In this document: positions 1-15,620 of the stretch, piece after piece
Layout of the letters: each line of letters begins with the position of its first letter
Numbering within the stretch: position 1 is the stretch's first letter
Assembly: GCF_964204645.1 (NCBI RefSeq)
Contig: NC_134027.1
Location: 4,124,485-4,188,484, forward strand
From: Tubulanus polymorphus
Lineage: Eukaryota > Animalia > Nemertea
Direction of reading: 5' to 3'
DNA: 64,000 bases
Made by a program: the position numbers and the translations under genes
The notes under the pieces: model-generated
What the model saw: the letters and a program-made list of their open reading frames with translations, nothing else
Told to the model about the DNA's origin: nothing
Database searches by the model: none

Positions 1-3000
1 CCACATATCAATTCAGTACAAGTGTTTAAATATTGCCAGCACTAAATTTGAAACTTCATAAATTAGATTTTTACCCTACTTATTAAAGTCGTGGATACCC
101 CGTTCACCATCAACTGCAATCTCTCTAGTGAAGTATCTAATTATTTCAGGTTTCAAATATCGATTTATAGGAATTTTTCGTACGGAAAAGTGTACTTGAA
201 AATAGTGTGTGACACAAAAATTTCAGCGTTATACCTGGATAGGTTAATTGATTAATTTTTTATTCAGCCATGAAAACGTTAAAACTCCAACCAGTTGCGG
301 ATGATTTATAGTTTTTATCGGTTTATGCAAAGATGCACCTAGCAAGCTGTGCCAAGGGCTAATGCCACAATGGCCCAATTATTAGTTTTATGGAGTGGAG
401 CAGAATATTTGTTTCAAAAAAAGTTGAAATATAAGTATTTTTCTAAAAATATAAATAAATTGGCTATCAGAAAAATCATCAGTTTCTCTATAGTTGGATG
501 TTGGGTGTTGGCTAACAGTTTTATGATTGATGATCTAACTTTTGAATAACGTATTATCTAGATATTTTTCTATATAAGTTGACCATTTCGAATGCAGAGA
601 TTGATAGTAGGGTATCTACCTTAACCCTTATTGTCTGGTGTTGTTTTTGCTTTTCATATGACTATACACTAAAGTGAATGACTAATGACTGCCTCGAGTA
701 TTTTTTAAAATCGCCCATCATTACTGATGTTTTATATAATACATATGTTTATTAGTGCTAGAGCTAGAGCTTATAGACGGCAGTTTTTATCAGAATTCAG
801 TTACATAATGGTTTTTTATATAGAAGTTTCACTTTATTGGTATGATGAATATCGGTATGATATTGGTACCGTCTCGTCGTATTGACAATATTTAATGTCG
901 ATAACACGAACGTGGTTGAAAATTCCTCTGCCAACCACGCAGTCATAAGTTTTTGTGAAATTGTTTTTCAGTCAACGGCTGCCCGATGACCCCTGGATGT
1001 TTATGACTAAGTTTCTACGAATCGTACCGAATTAGCACATTTTTTGGTTAACCGTGTGTTCCGATGTAGACAATAAGCAAATGCGCCGATATGATTATTA
1101 AAAACTTCATATTAAGCAACCTCAGCGTGTTTGTTTAGACGAGGGTTTATCTGAGGTGTACGGTGTACCGTGTAGGCCCATCTGGGGTCTTACTGTCTCG
1201 ATTTTTGCTCCAGTGCTGTCTCTAATTGCTGATGTTGTACTATTAGCTGTTTCTGAGTAACAATTTTCACTGAGCAAAAGCCGATAACCGATCTTTGATT
1301 TGACATTTCTTTGATTGTAGTTGATACTGATGTATAACGAAAAGCCAGTTTATCAAAAGGTTAAATCCACAATGAAATAAATCCTTTGTTTTATCAGCAT
1401 TGTTTTAACCGATTTATCAGATAAGCATGTTGATGGGTGGCTGGCTTGAAAATAGTCGATTCCATTAGGAGAATGTATTCTAAATACGTCTAAAATACGT
1501 CTAGTTTGCTCAGAACATTTCACTATTAAAAGTTCCGCTATATCTCGTGAATATTTTATGATTCAGTCTAATAAAATTAAAAGTGATGTTGAGTTTTGTA
1601 GAACGATATTGTTTTGGTAGAACGATGTTGAAACAGTAGATTTCACATGTTGTCAGTTTTATGTGCTTGTTTTACTCATATTTGATGAATCGATGTTCAA
1701 TAGTTGTCACTGCGTCCCTCGAATCATTGCTGTTGACATTACATCAGTGGTGCTGATAATATTTCTGTTTTCCATGTTGGATATTAGTTCAAAGGCTTTA
1801 TTATTCCGCGTTCTTAAACAATGGTTTGATCGTAAATGCAGGTTTTTCTGGTTATAAAAGCTCATTCCCTAGCATGAACTGGCTAAATTTAAAACATGAT
1901 TTGGCGAGACGTACCGGGGGTACTCTTTTTTTAGTCGAAGAACTTAATCCTGCTCAATACATGATTTTAGTGGTCGTATATTTTTTGTATGGCTTTTGGT
2001 CCGAGACGGTGGTCCTGCTGACTGCTCCGGTCCGTAGTTTGTATATAAATAGCGGACAGCTGTTTTTTATTAGCATGTTGAGTCAGTCATGTGGAAACGC
2101 AACCACATTCACCTCACTGAACACCTGATGTGTTAAAAAACTATCCCAAACATCTACGCTATTCGCTACTAAAAACATACTTTGTTTATGGATGAATAGC
2201 GATGGTAGATTATGTGGAATAAGGGAAGATGGCTGGTACATGTACTGTGATTTCTGAGATAAATGTTGTATTGATTTGTTTATCAAGTTGGTCAGTTTAT
2301 TGACCGTTCGGGTCGTGCTAGTCCGGCTAGTCCAGCGAACAGTCTTTCTCGGCTTCATAATGAAATAACGGAAACAATCTTATAAGAGATGGCTGCCAAT
2401 ATTGATTACAGTATGCGCTGCATGGCCGACGAAATCATCAGCGTTGACGAGTGCTGAGTTTATGTACTGTTCTAATGATCAACAATCCAAACTCTGGAGA
2501 CTTAATTCTTCAAACTGAGTGCATCGATTTTAATCTAATGCTACCGATAGCCGGTTCATTTCAATTTCATTATATGCATTTTAATCTATGAAGACGAATC
2601 CTTGTTGAGATTCTTTGCATAGTTGTTCTATGTATTCTTAATACATGGCCAAAAATTTATCTTTATTCAGATTGCATAACATAGAAATACCTTTTGAAGT
2701 CACGGAATGGCTGTTTTGTTTGTGTATGATTAATTTGTGATGTGAATTTTTCGTAAGGCCAGAAAAAGGAGAAACTGTCAGTTATCCGAGTCATGCGATA
2801 TATTTTGATTGTCTGCGTTTTATTGGATATGATTACTAGTCGTAATAAGAAACATTTGGACTTTGTCCGGTGCATTCGCACTATGCGTTCAATAATACAA
2901 TAGCCAGAATATGAATACATATATCTAGTTATATAATCCATGCGAATACCGTAAAAAATCCACCGAAACTATTTCAATTCTTCATCAATAATTTGACAGA

Positions 3001-3355
3001 CATAAAGTCATGTTGCATTAATTAATTAGTTGTGAGCGATGAAAGTAAGTCAGATTTAATTGGTGCGTTGGTTTCGTAATGACTATCAAAAGCCAACCAC
3101 TCCATAGAAAATGAACCGCTCTGCTCGAGTTGACGCAGGTTTTATCTCGACGCGAAGAATTCAATTTTTTCCACGAGTCGATGGAAATAACGACCAAGTT
3201 CTTTTGAATAATGACATGAAGAGGGCACTCTGAAATTGAGCGAAAGACGCCCCCTCCATCGCTGAAACTGTTCTGTAAACATTGCCTGATTATTTATGCG
3301 TGAAAGACAATGATGATTTCATATACGAACTGGAGTTTATAAGGATAAGTTAAGG

Positions 3356-3393
3356 ATGGGAGCCTGTTGTACAAAACGCAAAAAACGACAACG
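3356..3393 (+). CDS. Candidate alternative first coding exon of IQSEC: MGACCTKRKKRQ(R)
   Basis: ATG at 3356, 12 codons + 2 nt, strong donor CG|GTAAGA; phase 2 matches the acceptor at 19139. Confidence 0.65.
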
Positions 3394-5497
3394 GTAAGAA
3401 ATATGACTTTCTTTTTAAGACTTAGCGATCACTTAGTCAATCGTCATTGACACTTTTTTCCTTTACTAGATTTTTTTTTATTTTGAGATGAAAAATCGAT
3501 AGTTGTTACTTGATTATTCTATTTTGAAAAAAAGTCAAAAGTTCATGATTCATTCATATTGTTCAAAAAGGAAAAGTTGGGCTTAGATTTTGATAATAAA
3601 TGTATTTTTCTTCACTAATGTAATATGATGGACTTAATGAAGTATATGAAATCCTTTGTTAAAAACTAAGGGCATTTATTTCAATGAATAAATTAACTTC
3701 AATCAAGGGCTCTTCTAAACACTCATCTGGATCAAGTTTCATTGATTTAATCTTTCTCAAAATTCAAGTACCCGTCCGTGGTTTATGATATTTTTACCAT
3801 GCTTTATAATGGCTGTTGTAGTTTGGAGTATTTTTTGAAGTAGCTTCATGAATTTCCAGTATCAGTATTCTCTCAGTCAAGAGTCGGCCAATCCTTGTTT
3901 TGAAGGTGATTTTTGTTCGGTTAAAGTGTATGTATTTAGGAGGACAGATGTCGACTGATGGATACTGGCGCCTGCGCCGATGTTTTACTTTAATTCCGTT
4001 GTTATCTCACCGTTGATTGTGACAATGGGTTAAACTGCGTTAGACGCTTCGGTTTACCATGGCAACTAGTCGCCTGGGTACTGGCGCAGTGAACGGAAAG
4101 TGTTGTCGCAGTGTGTGTCAGCACGTTTCTCCGTTTAAAAAGGTGCCCCCTTCGTAAATCAGGGGGGTCTCGACTCGGCGGTTGATGTTTAGCGTTCGTT
4201 TTACCCCTTCGAAGAATTAGCGGACGAATCTAAGCAATCGACTAATATTCAATCATAACAGTTTATACGATTATGGATTATATGTGCTGAAATTACTAAC
4301 CCTCATTCAACAGGTTTAAATCAGTATTCTGCGATATCGATATAAGAAGGTGAGTGGAATTTTTGGTGATCTTTGATAAAATGCTTTTTCTGCGGTATGA
4401 TAAAACGGACAGCTCAGTGCATGAGGACTGGTCGCTGTTATTCTACTATTGAAAGGTTTATTGATGTATATTTTGGTAGAATGTTACAGCATGAAGAGCA
4501 GGTGGCTGGCAATAAGACTTTCTTCACAATACATGAGTAACTGCTTTGCATTGCGTGATGAAGAAAAGATCATCGTATGATTTCTCATATTTTCTACTAT
4601 GTCAACGTCTCCAGTTTCTACTGAGCTAATTATGATTAATCGTCCGATATTATTGAATAGTTATAAGCAACAAAACATTGTTTTAGTAAAAAATTTTAGA
4701 CTTGTCGCAATCATTGCGTGTAGTACGTATAAAAACCCACAATATCGAAAAAATGATAACTATGAAATCTGTTTTCTTGACGTTTTGGAAAGATTTCTTC
4801 TTTCCATCTCCAGAGATTTATTCATCCGTTTATTGAATAAGTCTCAAGATGGAAAGAAGTAATCTTGTATTTCGTTGATATTATGGCTTTCTGTTTATAC
4901 ATTTCTTAGCTGGTTATGTTTTTAATATTCAATGCCTGATATGCTATACAAACGTACAAAATACCTGAGAAGTGAATAGAAACTGATGTTTGTATGTCTA
5001 TCGAACGGAAAGAGTTTTATCGGAAATTTGAACTGTCACGTGTAAATTGGTTATAATTATGGTAGAAAGTGAAATGCTTTGTGTATATTGGAAATGTTCA
5101 TTAAACATTCATTCGTTTTCAAATATTGTCGATTGAGTTTTGATGATCGATCCATGAAGTGAATCATTTGAAGTATTTCAATAACTGTCGAATGCTGTCT
5201 TTGTAAATTCTCTGCTGCTACCGATGGAACTTCTGCAGGTGTGTTTGAATTGATACCTGTTATGAGTTTGAAATTAAGTTTAATTATCGCGACGCGCCTT
5301 TTCACAACTCATAATTGACCAATTCTCTCGCTTTCAATTCCCACTGTTATAAGTTATCTCTCGGAAATTACTGTCTCCAAGGCTTAGAAATTTCTCTGAA
5401 ATGGAACTGTGCGCAAGTTTGATATTGTGAATGCATTCCACAACATGTTTGAATACGTTTTTCACGGCAACCTTAGATCTGAAATTTTTCGAGATTC

Positions 5498-5580
5498 GGG
5501 GGCCCATCTCACAAAATGATTTACAGTGTCATTAGTCACACGGTACTATTGAAGCTTTGTCATCAGTGAAATAGACCCCA
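5498..5580. mobile_element. Very short MITE-like element
   Basis: Imperfect terminal inverted repeats ggggcccatctcac ... gtgaaatagacccc. Confidence 0.4.
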
Positions 5581-8500
5581 GTTCACTAGTCACTAGATTT
5601 ATGGTTATGTTTATTGAACCCGGGAAATACTATTGAATCTTAAACCGTTGAATACATTAGGGAAACAAGACTTTCTAAGACACCAGTTTATGGTATGAAA
5701 TGACTTGCAAGTGAAAGTTCATTCAGTCTGAAAATGAATCTTGAAAGTTCAGTGATTCTCACTGCACCGTGACCTAGATGTATTGAATTTTAGTTTGATG
5801 TAACATTCGCTCATTATTCATATTTTTGCTGACTCACAGTGGCCAGAATCTGTCATAGAGCATCCACCTCTTATAGTAAACAGTTCATCCATGAAACAAG
5901 TTGTATCTAGAATACTTGAAATCTACCACTGGATTCGGAATCAAATGGATGACTCAAGGATAATACGACTCGAGTATCAGACATTTATATTGTTTATTTC
6001 GGTTTAGAAGAGTCTCGATCGTGGAACCTTCTTTAGAGGAGGAAATCTCATAAACAAGTCCATCATTGTCCTTAATGGGAATTTGTCATTAGAACTGTTT
6101 GATTGTTATTGATCTTAGATTTCTGGATTAGTCATACAAATCTCCTCTTGCCCGAGAATTCATCTCAGTTTTGTAGCTGTTTGATTTGATTGAAGATGAA
6201 TTAACCAATGTCATAAAACTGTTCTTTCTCAAACAGTATTGTGGCCATGCACGCGATTGCGCTCGATGGTGCTGCCATCTGATTAGAGTTCGTGTAACTA
6301 ATGTTACCGACAATAATGTGACAGATGCATTAACACATTGTTATCCCATCCTGACCTCTTCGCTTCAAAGAATATCCATTTGAAATTCTTCAAAAACATA
6401 TGTCACACTGGTTAAACAGTTTAATCTAGCAGTAGTCTCATCAAGTCAACCTGTTACCACCACCACACTGTCAAAATTTCATCTTATTAATCAAACATTC
6501 GAATAGTCCATCAGGGAAGCAGAATTTGACTGGACCATTTTCAAATAATGCTACTTTTCATATAGAAAAATCTTATTAGGCCTATATGTGTATGGTATCA
6601 ATATACATGTAATATCTGTATTTTAAGACTTTTAGAAAAATGTCAAGTTTTATTGATATAAATCATTGAATAGTACTACTACTTGCCTATAGGCAGGTGA
6701 TAGTAGTTAGTGTATTTACCACGATCAATTATTTATTGGTTATCTTTCATTCTGATGGATTGTCACACTATACGATGATGACTGAATGGAATACAACCTA
6801 CACATGTACAACGTAGCTATTAAAACTGTCACTATTAAATACGTCATCATTGTGTCACATCGCTCTGATGTGAGGTCGGATTTGCAGCTATTATCTTATT
6901 GGATGATTGCGATAAAAGACACAAGAGTTTATCGATTTATTCCGCAAGTAAACAGTTACCTATACTTCATATACATACATACATTCATACAGACGCACAC
7001 AGATGTTGTTATAAATAATGCACTGTATAGGATTAATAGTGGGAATATCTTCTCAGTACTGATGTCTCGGTTCAAGTGACAAATACAGTTTATTTCCTAC
7101 ACCACATGGATTAGATAATATTAACTATGATAAGAGAGACTCATTCAACCTGGTGAGTTCAAATGTTTGGTTCGTTCAGATTGTGCCGATGATTTTTCAT
7201 TTAACAATTACTCCAGCTGTCATTCTATAATCATAATTTGCGTGTGTTGGTTTTGTCTGCACTTTCGTTTGAATTTTTAAACCGCATTCTTTTTCTGATC
7301 GGAAACCGGCGCAAACATTTTTCAAATTTTTTCGACTCAAAAGGCTCTTCAGTCGGAAAGAGGACTAGCTATTATGTTGTAGTCATGAAGAGACACCACA
7401 TCCTCGGTTATTGTTGGAAGAACCGGGAGTACAAAAATATGAATTATAGCCATTATAGACCATCTTCCGACAACATTTTACAATAGGTTTGATTTATGTA
7501 ATTTTTGAGGTATTACGTATACCGGGTATACATATCAGTCAACAGGCTCTTTACAATATAGAACCTCATTTATATATGATATGCTTTTGATATGTATTTT
7601 AGATGAATATTGATTCAATCCTTAATTAAAGCATCACTGATGTGCTTGTTCCAGTTCTGGAAGGAAGTGCAGCTCCCCTAGATATTCATTCTCAGTGACT
7701 GCATGTTTCCTGTTCTGTATTTCATGTTAATGGGGGAGGGAGGTGTTACTTGTTCAATCGTGTTGGTTTCGATTTCATTTCTCATTTATTATCGAACGTC
7801 ATGGTTCATTCCCACGCTGGTTTTTATAACCATGAGAATACGTCTCTAACACCTACAATATCAATCTCGCACACAATAAAAACGTTTCTAATCATGCGAG
7901 AATTTAGTTGAATTCTAGTCTTTGGTTCCGTGTATCAATGAATATCAATAAATATCGCTTCACCCTTTCATGTCTCTATGTCACGCTTTGTCAATGAGTT
8001 CTCGGAATAGGTAAACTGTATCTCGCACGCAGAGACAATAGGATCCTAGTATGAGATTAATTAAGAATCTAAGAATAGATTCCCAGTGTGTGAGTCATTA
8101 CATTGTGCCGACAAAGTTAGGTGTTGGCGAATTCGTAACGGAGTGTATAGCATAGCTGGTGGATCGATAAATTCAGTGATGGCTGCAAACTGCTATAATA
8201 CAAATAATAATGGCCGGTTGTCGGTCGGTCGCTAGTCATCAAACACGGATATATTGTGTAGTGCTTTCATGGAAAAAAACTCACCGATCGGCTTTGATTG
8301 CCTAGATTTTTCGGCATGTCGACTAATCACCCGGTTTTCTACCTGGCAAGTGGAAGAAAAATAGCGGGTAGCTTTGTTATTGAAATGAAGAATACACAAT
8401 GTTGTATGTGTGGTGTGTGTAAAACGTAGGGTCATAGACAGGCCGACAGGATTCATCAAACATTCTAGCCCGGTCACGATTTTCGGATATATCAAATCTT

Positions 8501-11500
8501 TGGACTCAATAATGGATTGAAAGATTGAGATCGATTTAGGTTCTAAGTAGAATATTCAGCATGGCTACTAAACATAGTCAGGGGTATGTATATCATCATA
8601 TAGACAGGCAGTACATGTTTCAGATACTGAATGTATTTGAGTTGAATGGGAATCGAACTATCAAATACTATTGACTGTAGAATAATCTCAGTTGATATCT
8701 GATTCGATGCATGTTTCGTATCAAAAATTCATAATGAATTTTTGTTCATATACATTCATATACATATATATATTTGTTGAAATGAGAATGAACTGTCTGT
8801 CTTATAGAAAAATCATTGAACATTTATCTCGAATTTCCCTCTGATTCTTGTTCTCTCGATGTATTGTATTTATTATGTATATTCAAACTTCATTAATGAT
8901 TTCTGACAGAAGTCAATTGATCCAAACGCTTTCTGCCCTGGCGAGTGAGTGAGGACTAGCGTATATACATAAACTGTGTGCTGATCATATTGTCATAGCG
9001 CGATTACATAATAAAAGTAAAGCCTTCAATTCTCACCACAGTGTCGTCCACACATGAACCACACATGAACGAAACAGTGTTCACAGAACTGCCGAGGTGA
9101 TTGTCTGACTAGGATGTGTTTTGAATGTGTAACCATCAGCAACCGTGTGAAATTATCCCAAACCTATATATCGGGATATTTGTGGCTCTGATTGTTGCTT
9201 TAGTTTTCGCTGATTGATCGGAAACCAGCTGAATTTATATTCCGATCGGGCATTGTATGAATAGTTGGCATGGAAACTGGTCACCCTGTTTTTGACAGTA
9301 CTAGAGGACTGTGTTAGGTTCGTCTGCAGTATGGATACTTATTTCGAACCCAACGACGAATAGAAAGAATCATGACTTCACGCGTGAAAAACATAGAAGA
9401 AAGGTATTAGTTTAGTATGTGTACTGATTGCTGGTAGAAAATGAATGAAAAATCTATTCCGAAATGGCTTCAATTGGTTTTATAGCATTATGGGAATATG
9501 TTCACGCAGTCGTTAGTGTTGCTGTCATTTGTGTCAGTCGATAAATGTTGAGTAAACGAAAATATCGAATTTCAATCAACGACTGACAAAAAAGATATTG
9601 GTTTTTGACGGTATATTTCGGTATTCTCAGTAACAGGTTAGTTTCATACACACTATCGATTATGGATGGCATATGATGCGATGTGGGCTTCGGCAATGGT
9701 TCATTTGTATGCGCTACCACGAGCAGTGTAGCATCATAAACCATTTTCCGGCTGTGCAGCTACAGGTCCATATATCCTTATCTGAAACATCTACAGTGGT
9801 TAGATATCTTAGATTTCTCATTCCTGGGTCGTTTTTTTTTTACCAGAGAGACTGGTTGATTATGAGGTTTATGGTTTTTATGGACACCTATTATTAATTC
9901 ATACGATGAATTCTTGCCCGTATTATAATTTAACGTCAGATTTTTCATTTCCCTCAAGGCGCTCGGATGATTGTCATTCTTTAGGCTACAACTTTACTAC
10001 GTGAATAGTTTGTACTCTATCATCAACATCCGATACGATTGAGAAATTAAATAACTATATCTCAGTTTGATGTAGCTAGGGCACGAGTAATGAACACTGA
10101 TTGCGTCGAAAATCCCGAACTCAGAAAGAAAAACGTCGAGTTCGGAAAGGTTACCTTTAGTTAATGATGTATTTTCAACTATATTCTAATTAGGACAATG
10201 CAAATAAAGCATTTCATATCACATTGATGACGGGCCTCATGTTATCATTTGAGACTCTACAAATACAAACCTACTCATTTGCCTGAATCTTCATTACATT
10301 GATAAAACAAAATAGGGACGGTATTATGGCTATAATACATAGTATTAATTAGCACGAATCGTTTGCCTATTGATTTAGTGTATACTACATCAGGCGGCAT
10401 GGGAAATAGGAAGGAACCCTATGTTGGTATAAACTCGGTTAATCCTGAAAGTAATTACTTTAATGCACATCTCGGTGATGAAGCGCCATGTCTCTGATGC
10501 TTTGAATCCAATTGATCTTTTACTGTACCCGTAATAGACATTACCAAAAGCTGAACGATCTTAAATTGGAAGTTTTCATGTCAGCGACTTCGTCCTTTAA
10601 AGTGTGACACAAGGTTAAGATAAAATGTAGAAAGTCTGTAGTCTTGAAACTGCTATGAGGTGAAGAATTGGTTTGTAACATGTATGATAGAACCTCGGCT
10701 ATCCTGAATGTACTGTTGCTGCATAATATTTCATGGCTGGTGATCAGGTAATTGTGTTACTGTAATGTCATCTTGTATTAGTCATCGTGCATCCATCATG
10801 TTGGATATATTACATTGAGAAAGTGACAGTTCTGTCATTGCAGTTACATAGAACTGTAAACCATTGCAGGATGAAACCAGAACTTCTTACAGAATCGTCT
10901 TTCACTCTTCACTCTTCCTCTCGCGCTCGTTTTAGATCTCAGTGCATTTTATGGTTGTTTTTTCTTTAAGAAATAAGGTGTATGGTTTATGAATGAATAA
11001 TCTTGACCTATTGAATTATAATGAGCTTCGGTTGGAAGTTTTTACAAAAGGTTTTTTGACTCGGTCTGACGAAATGGCTTATTATTGACCTCTGTTGTAC
11101 TGAATGAAGTCTGAAGCATTGTACAATTATTTCTGATTCCATTCCGAGTTTATTGCTAGAGTTTTATGCTGCCCACTGTTATTATGATTCCAGTAATGGC
11201 ATTAAGAGACCTTCGAGGTTTTCAGTCAGAAAGTTCAACTGGTGAACAGTTAGACTGGTTGCCCTCTCAAAGGGTCACTGTCTCACTGTCTTATACTAGA
11301 TATTCCAGTAGAAATTTGTTAGTTCTGTTGCGACACATAGTCCCCAAAATTCTATAGTTCCAGAATTTCACTGGGAATACAAATAAAAGTGGTTATTGAA
11401 CCTAATACGCATATGTGAAGATAAACTCTGGGGGATACTGTCATCAAAAATGTATTAACAGCAAATTAGCATTGCAATTCCGTTAATAGGAAAAACGATT

Positions 11501-14468
11501 TGTAGAACAATTTGTCTGTGTACAGTATTTTACCATCAAATATGAATTAATTATTGTCTCTTCTGAGTTCAACAATATATTCACTGATAGGTTGGGAAAT
11601 AGTGTGTTTTTCTGGTGTTTATTACAATGTAGATTAAGATCAAGTAAAACTTGTCATCTGTTTTAAGTTTTTAGCACTGGGGTAGCTTAGTTTTCTGCCC
11701 GATATATTTTCAGTTATGCGCAGAAAATCAGCTCTATTTGGGTTTAGTGTGCTGATTGGGTCTAGTGATTTACAAATTGAGGATTAAAATAGTTCAGTAA
11801 ATGCTCGGGTTGTTCAGGAAAAATGCACCCAAATATATACAGCCAATATGCATGTAAAAGTTCGAAACATTTGAATGTGGTCAGTTCAGGCATAAAAACT
11901 GAAATGACAACGCAGAAGATTAAACTAGAAAGGCAAAGGTATTTTTGAATAAATTCATTATTTCATAGTTTTTAGTTGGAGATTGTGAAGCTGAAATTTG
12001 TATTGTAACAGGATGTTTTGAATCAAATTGACCTCGTGTTAATCATTGGGAACCTATTTCTAAGAGGTCTGGGTCTATTGTTATATGGATATTTACTAGG
12101 AAATGCTGACCAGTGTCCTTTAGAAGACATGTAAGGGTAATGAGTCAGACCTATAGCCTGAGAAAATGCATTATCAATACCGGTACATTAAGCCTTAGCC
12201 ACGTACAAATTCTGACATCTTAAAATGAAAGTGTATCAGGAAATCTTTGATCCACTTCAGTATGTTTACTGAATGTCTGTTGATATGTACCTGGCAATAA
12301 AACACTTCACTATGCGAAAAAAATATGTTAAAATGTGTTCATTTGCATGATGTCTCCTCTTTTATGTGTCGTGTGGTTATATTTTCTATTGTGCGCCTGT
12401 GACGAAATAAAAGCCGTCATTGTGCTGAATGTAGTAGTGACGCGTTTCTGTGACAACCCATCGGGTTCTGACCGGACAGGTTTTTCTTGAAATCTGAAAT
12501 CTACAGGTTATATTTGCTTCGTCCAGGGAAGTGTACCTGACAGATGGACATGCCACGCTTCATCGTCCGGCAGTTTAAGGTGAATTTTGACTATTCAGTT
12601 GTGTAGGTGCATTCGCGATATCGACAGATGTCCTTTTACCCGTGTTATCCATTTTATTTGTGCATTTCGCTCATTGCTTTATGGACTATTAAGTGAACAT
12701 ACTTATTTGTGATAAATCCGTGGATTCGTATTGTCGCCGAATGCCTGATTTTAGAGCTGGTCATTCGCACTTCTATCTGACTGGATGAGGAAGCTAGTAT
12801 CATCAATTATACTTCGAATATCAGATTGTAAGTACTCAGTAAATTGTTAAGAGAAATGTTGTTTTATAGAATGGAGGGAAATTTCACATCTGTTTTGTGA
12901 ATTTCATTCATCAGTTATGAATTGATATGTGAATTTGGCTCGAACTGTCCATAATATTTCCTGCTTTCATCGGGTTTCGGTCTTCATGCATTGAACAGTC
13001 AATCTATTGAATGACTTCTTACTTTGTGAGGATAAATCGTCATTTAAGAAGCAACAGCTGTATTTTTTTTAGCGATTTTAACTGACAGATGTTACCTTTT
13101 GTATATCTGTTTCAATTTAGTTTCTATTTTCTGGAAGTGAGTAATATAGCAGCGTTTGCTACATTAGATGGATGATATACTTTAACGGTGAGTTTTTCTT
13201 CAAGGTGGTAGAACTTTAAGAGTTTGAGTAAATATTTGTCGATTCTTAAAGCAATTAGTGATTTTGTATATAAATCATCGGAATGAATCTGTGTGTGGTT
13301 CAACGGCAGGGAATGAGGATACCTTTACGAAATCATCACAGTTTTAAACATCATTTGTGGAAATCATTTCAGTCTCAATCCGCCTAATACTGGTAAATGC
13401 GTGATTGTTTCGATGTCTAGAAGTCTTTAATGAAAGAAAAGAGCAAGTCTAGGTTCTGATGAATTCTAGGAATTGATGAATGACAGTTAGTCCTCTGAGA
13501 AGTCGCTTTATCGCATCACGCACGCCTGACTATTGTCCGGAGAGATGTTATTTCTATAATCGCAGAAGATTCTTTCTATGATTCGGTGGTATTTCAACGA
13601 CCCAAATAAGGAAAACATGCGACAAGGAGCAATTTCATAGAGACTCCATCGTGCATTGCGATGTGGTTTTAATCTGCAGTCCAAAATAGAAAGTAGAAGT
13701 TGCGGAAGAATAGAATTCTAATGACGTGAGAAGTAAATAGCTTTAAGATGACTTGCATCTTATGCGTATGACATCATTAACTATAGAATCCAATAAACCT
13801 AATAATACTCGATTATTTGTGAATTGTGTCGTAGACTTGAGGTGGGTGTTCTTGACTGGGTTTTATGCGTAGTCGATGCCATAATTATCCATATGAATAT
13901 TGCATTTGAATATAGATTGGCGAACTGGTTACTGTCAGTTATAGCATTACTGGCCTCATGACGTGAAAATTACTCTATAATCTCACAGACTGACACAATT
14001 ATAAGCCTGGTATTAGTTACTCCCGATGACCTCAAGTTGGATAAAACTTTTCATTTCTTTACATTAATTGCGGTATTCAGTATTCAGTATATGCTGCATG
14101 TATTGACTATTGTTGGCTCTCTTCAAGAAAGGTCGATCCATATAAGGCTTTGGTATTCGATGCGAGATTTTGAATATTTGAATCAGGGTGGTATGATACC
14201 GTTATCATGTGGGTGTTTGAGGAATCCGATGACGAAATGAATTTTTTGATGACGTTATTCTTCGATCAAATCTTTATTAAATGATAGATATTTACCTGGC
14301 GTTCGTGGAAGGTAAAACGACTTGTTCATTCTCTCCTCAGAGAACGATCGTCGGGTGTAACATCAAAATCAACTGATCAAAGCGATATTCATTAGTGATC
14401 GATCATATTTCATTAGCTCTAACTGTAGCAAGTCTTCATATAGTGATGATTATGAAGTGAATCGCTTG

Positions 14469-14582
14469 AGGCTATACAGACCTATAGGGTAAGGAATAAT
14501 AGTAACAGGCTCTACAGACCTTCAGGGTAAGGAGTAATAGTAACAGGCTATACAGACCTTCAGGGTTAGGAGTAATATTAAT
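14469..14582. repeat. Minisatellite, 38-bp unit x ~3
   Basis: aggctatacagacct(a/t)(t/c)agggtaagga(a/g)taatagtaac at 14469, 14507 and 14545. Confidence 0.9.
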
Positions 14583-15620
14583 GATTTGTTATATTTGAAA
14601 TCTGAATTGAACGCATTGATGGAGACATCTTGATGGTACAAACTGTGATCTGTAGTGCAGGGGAGGGATGCTGACAATGTCAGCTCTATGTGTATAAATA
14701 AATTGAACACATTTGAATTACCGGATAGATTTAGTCGGATCCCTGCCTGGATTGTAGCTCCTAGACTCCTGCCATATAGTGGTGTAATTACAGTGTTTAT
14801 GGGTTCATTGCCTGATATGTTCAGCTCTTCGGCATATGCTTGCATAATTTCTTGCAACCCGACAATGCTTGGCTATAAGTGGGATTTCCGAAGGAAACTT
14901 CTTCAAAATCGACTATTTTCAATATTCAATGAGTTTTCAAGTGATGGTCAGATGATGTAATCTTTCATTTTTGGTCCAACACCCCTTGAATGAAAATATT
15001 TTTCGGTTTTCAAAATGCACCAATCAAATTCGTGATTAGCAGAATGTTTCTACAGTTTGGTCAAGTATTTACTATAACAATGTTGATGAAGTACAAAAGT
15101 TGACTAGGACCTTTGAACCCATTGAATTATGTTTTAAGTTGTTGTACAAACTGATTTAGTTCATTAGTTTGGACAACATGCACTAACCATTTTCCATTGT
15201 TCATGTAAAGACACTCATTCATTAACAATTAGCAACCAATAGGTGAGGTGGTTCAGCTACTAATTCCACTAAATTAGCGTTTAGATTCTGATACATCCAG
15301 ACTTACTGTCTATTCAGCTATTGGTTAATTTGAATAGCACCTTATTCACTAGGGTTTGACACCTGCTCCAGTCTAATGTACAAGACCAGTCTCTCAGGGG
15401 GCATACACATAACTGTCTCCTCACGAGCTAAGTGGAGAATTCTATCCTGATAATCAGGTATAATACATATACGTGAACAGTAGGACAGTAGGATTACACG
15501 GGATATGAATGGATTTTATGATCATTTGCACCACAATAGATGATCAAAAACAGTGATAATCTGGGAATATATAGTTATCATCGTGTTGAACTGATTCATG
15601 GGCGTTAATTAATATCGACA

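Noticed and set aside
4280-13200. Strong donor sites at 4350, 12828 and 13188 as further IQSEC coding first exons
   Set aside because: No open ATG frame in the phase required by the 19139 acceptor; they may be non-coding exons but cannot be supported.
14469-14582. Regularly spaced repeats resembling a CRISPR array
   Set aside because: Head-to-tail units without unique spacers, eukaryotic context, no cas genes.
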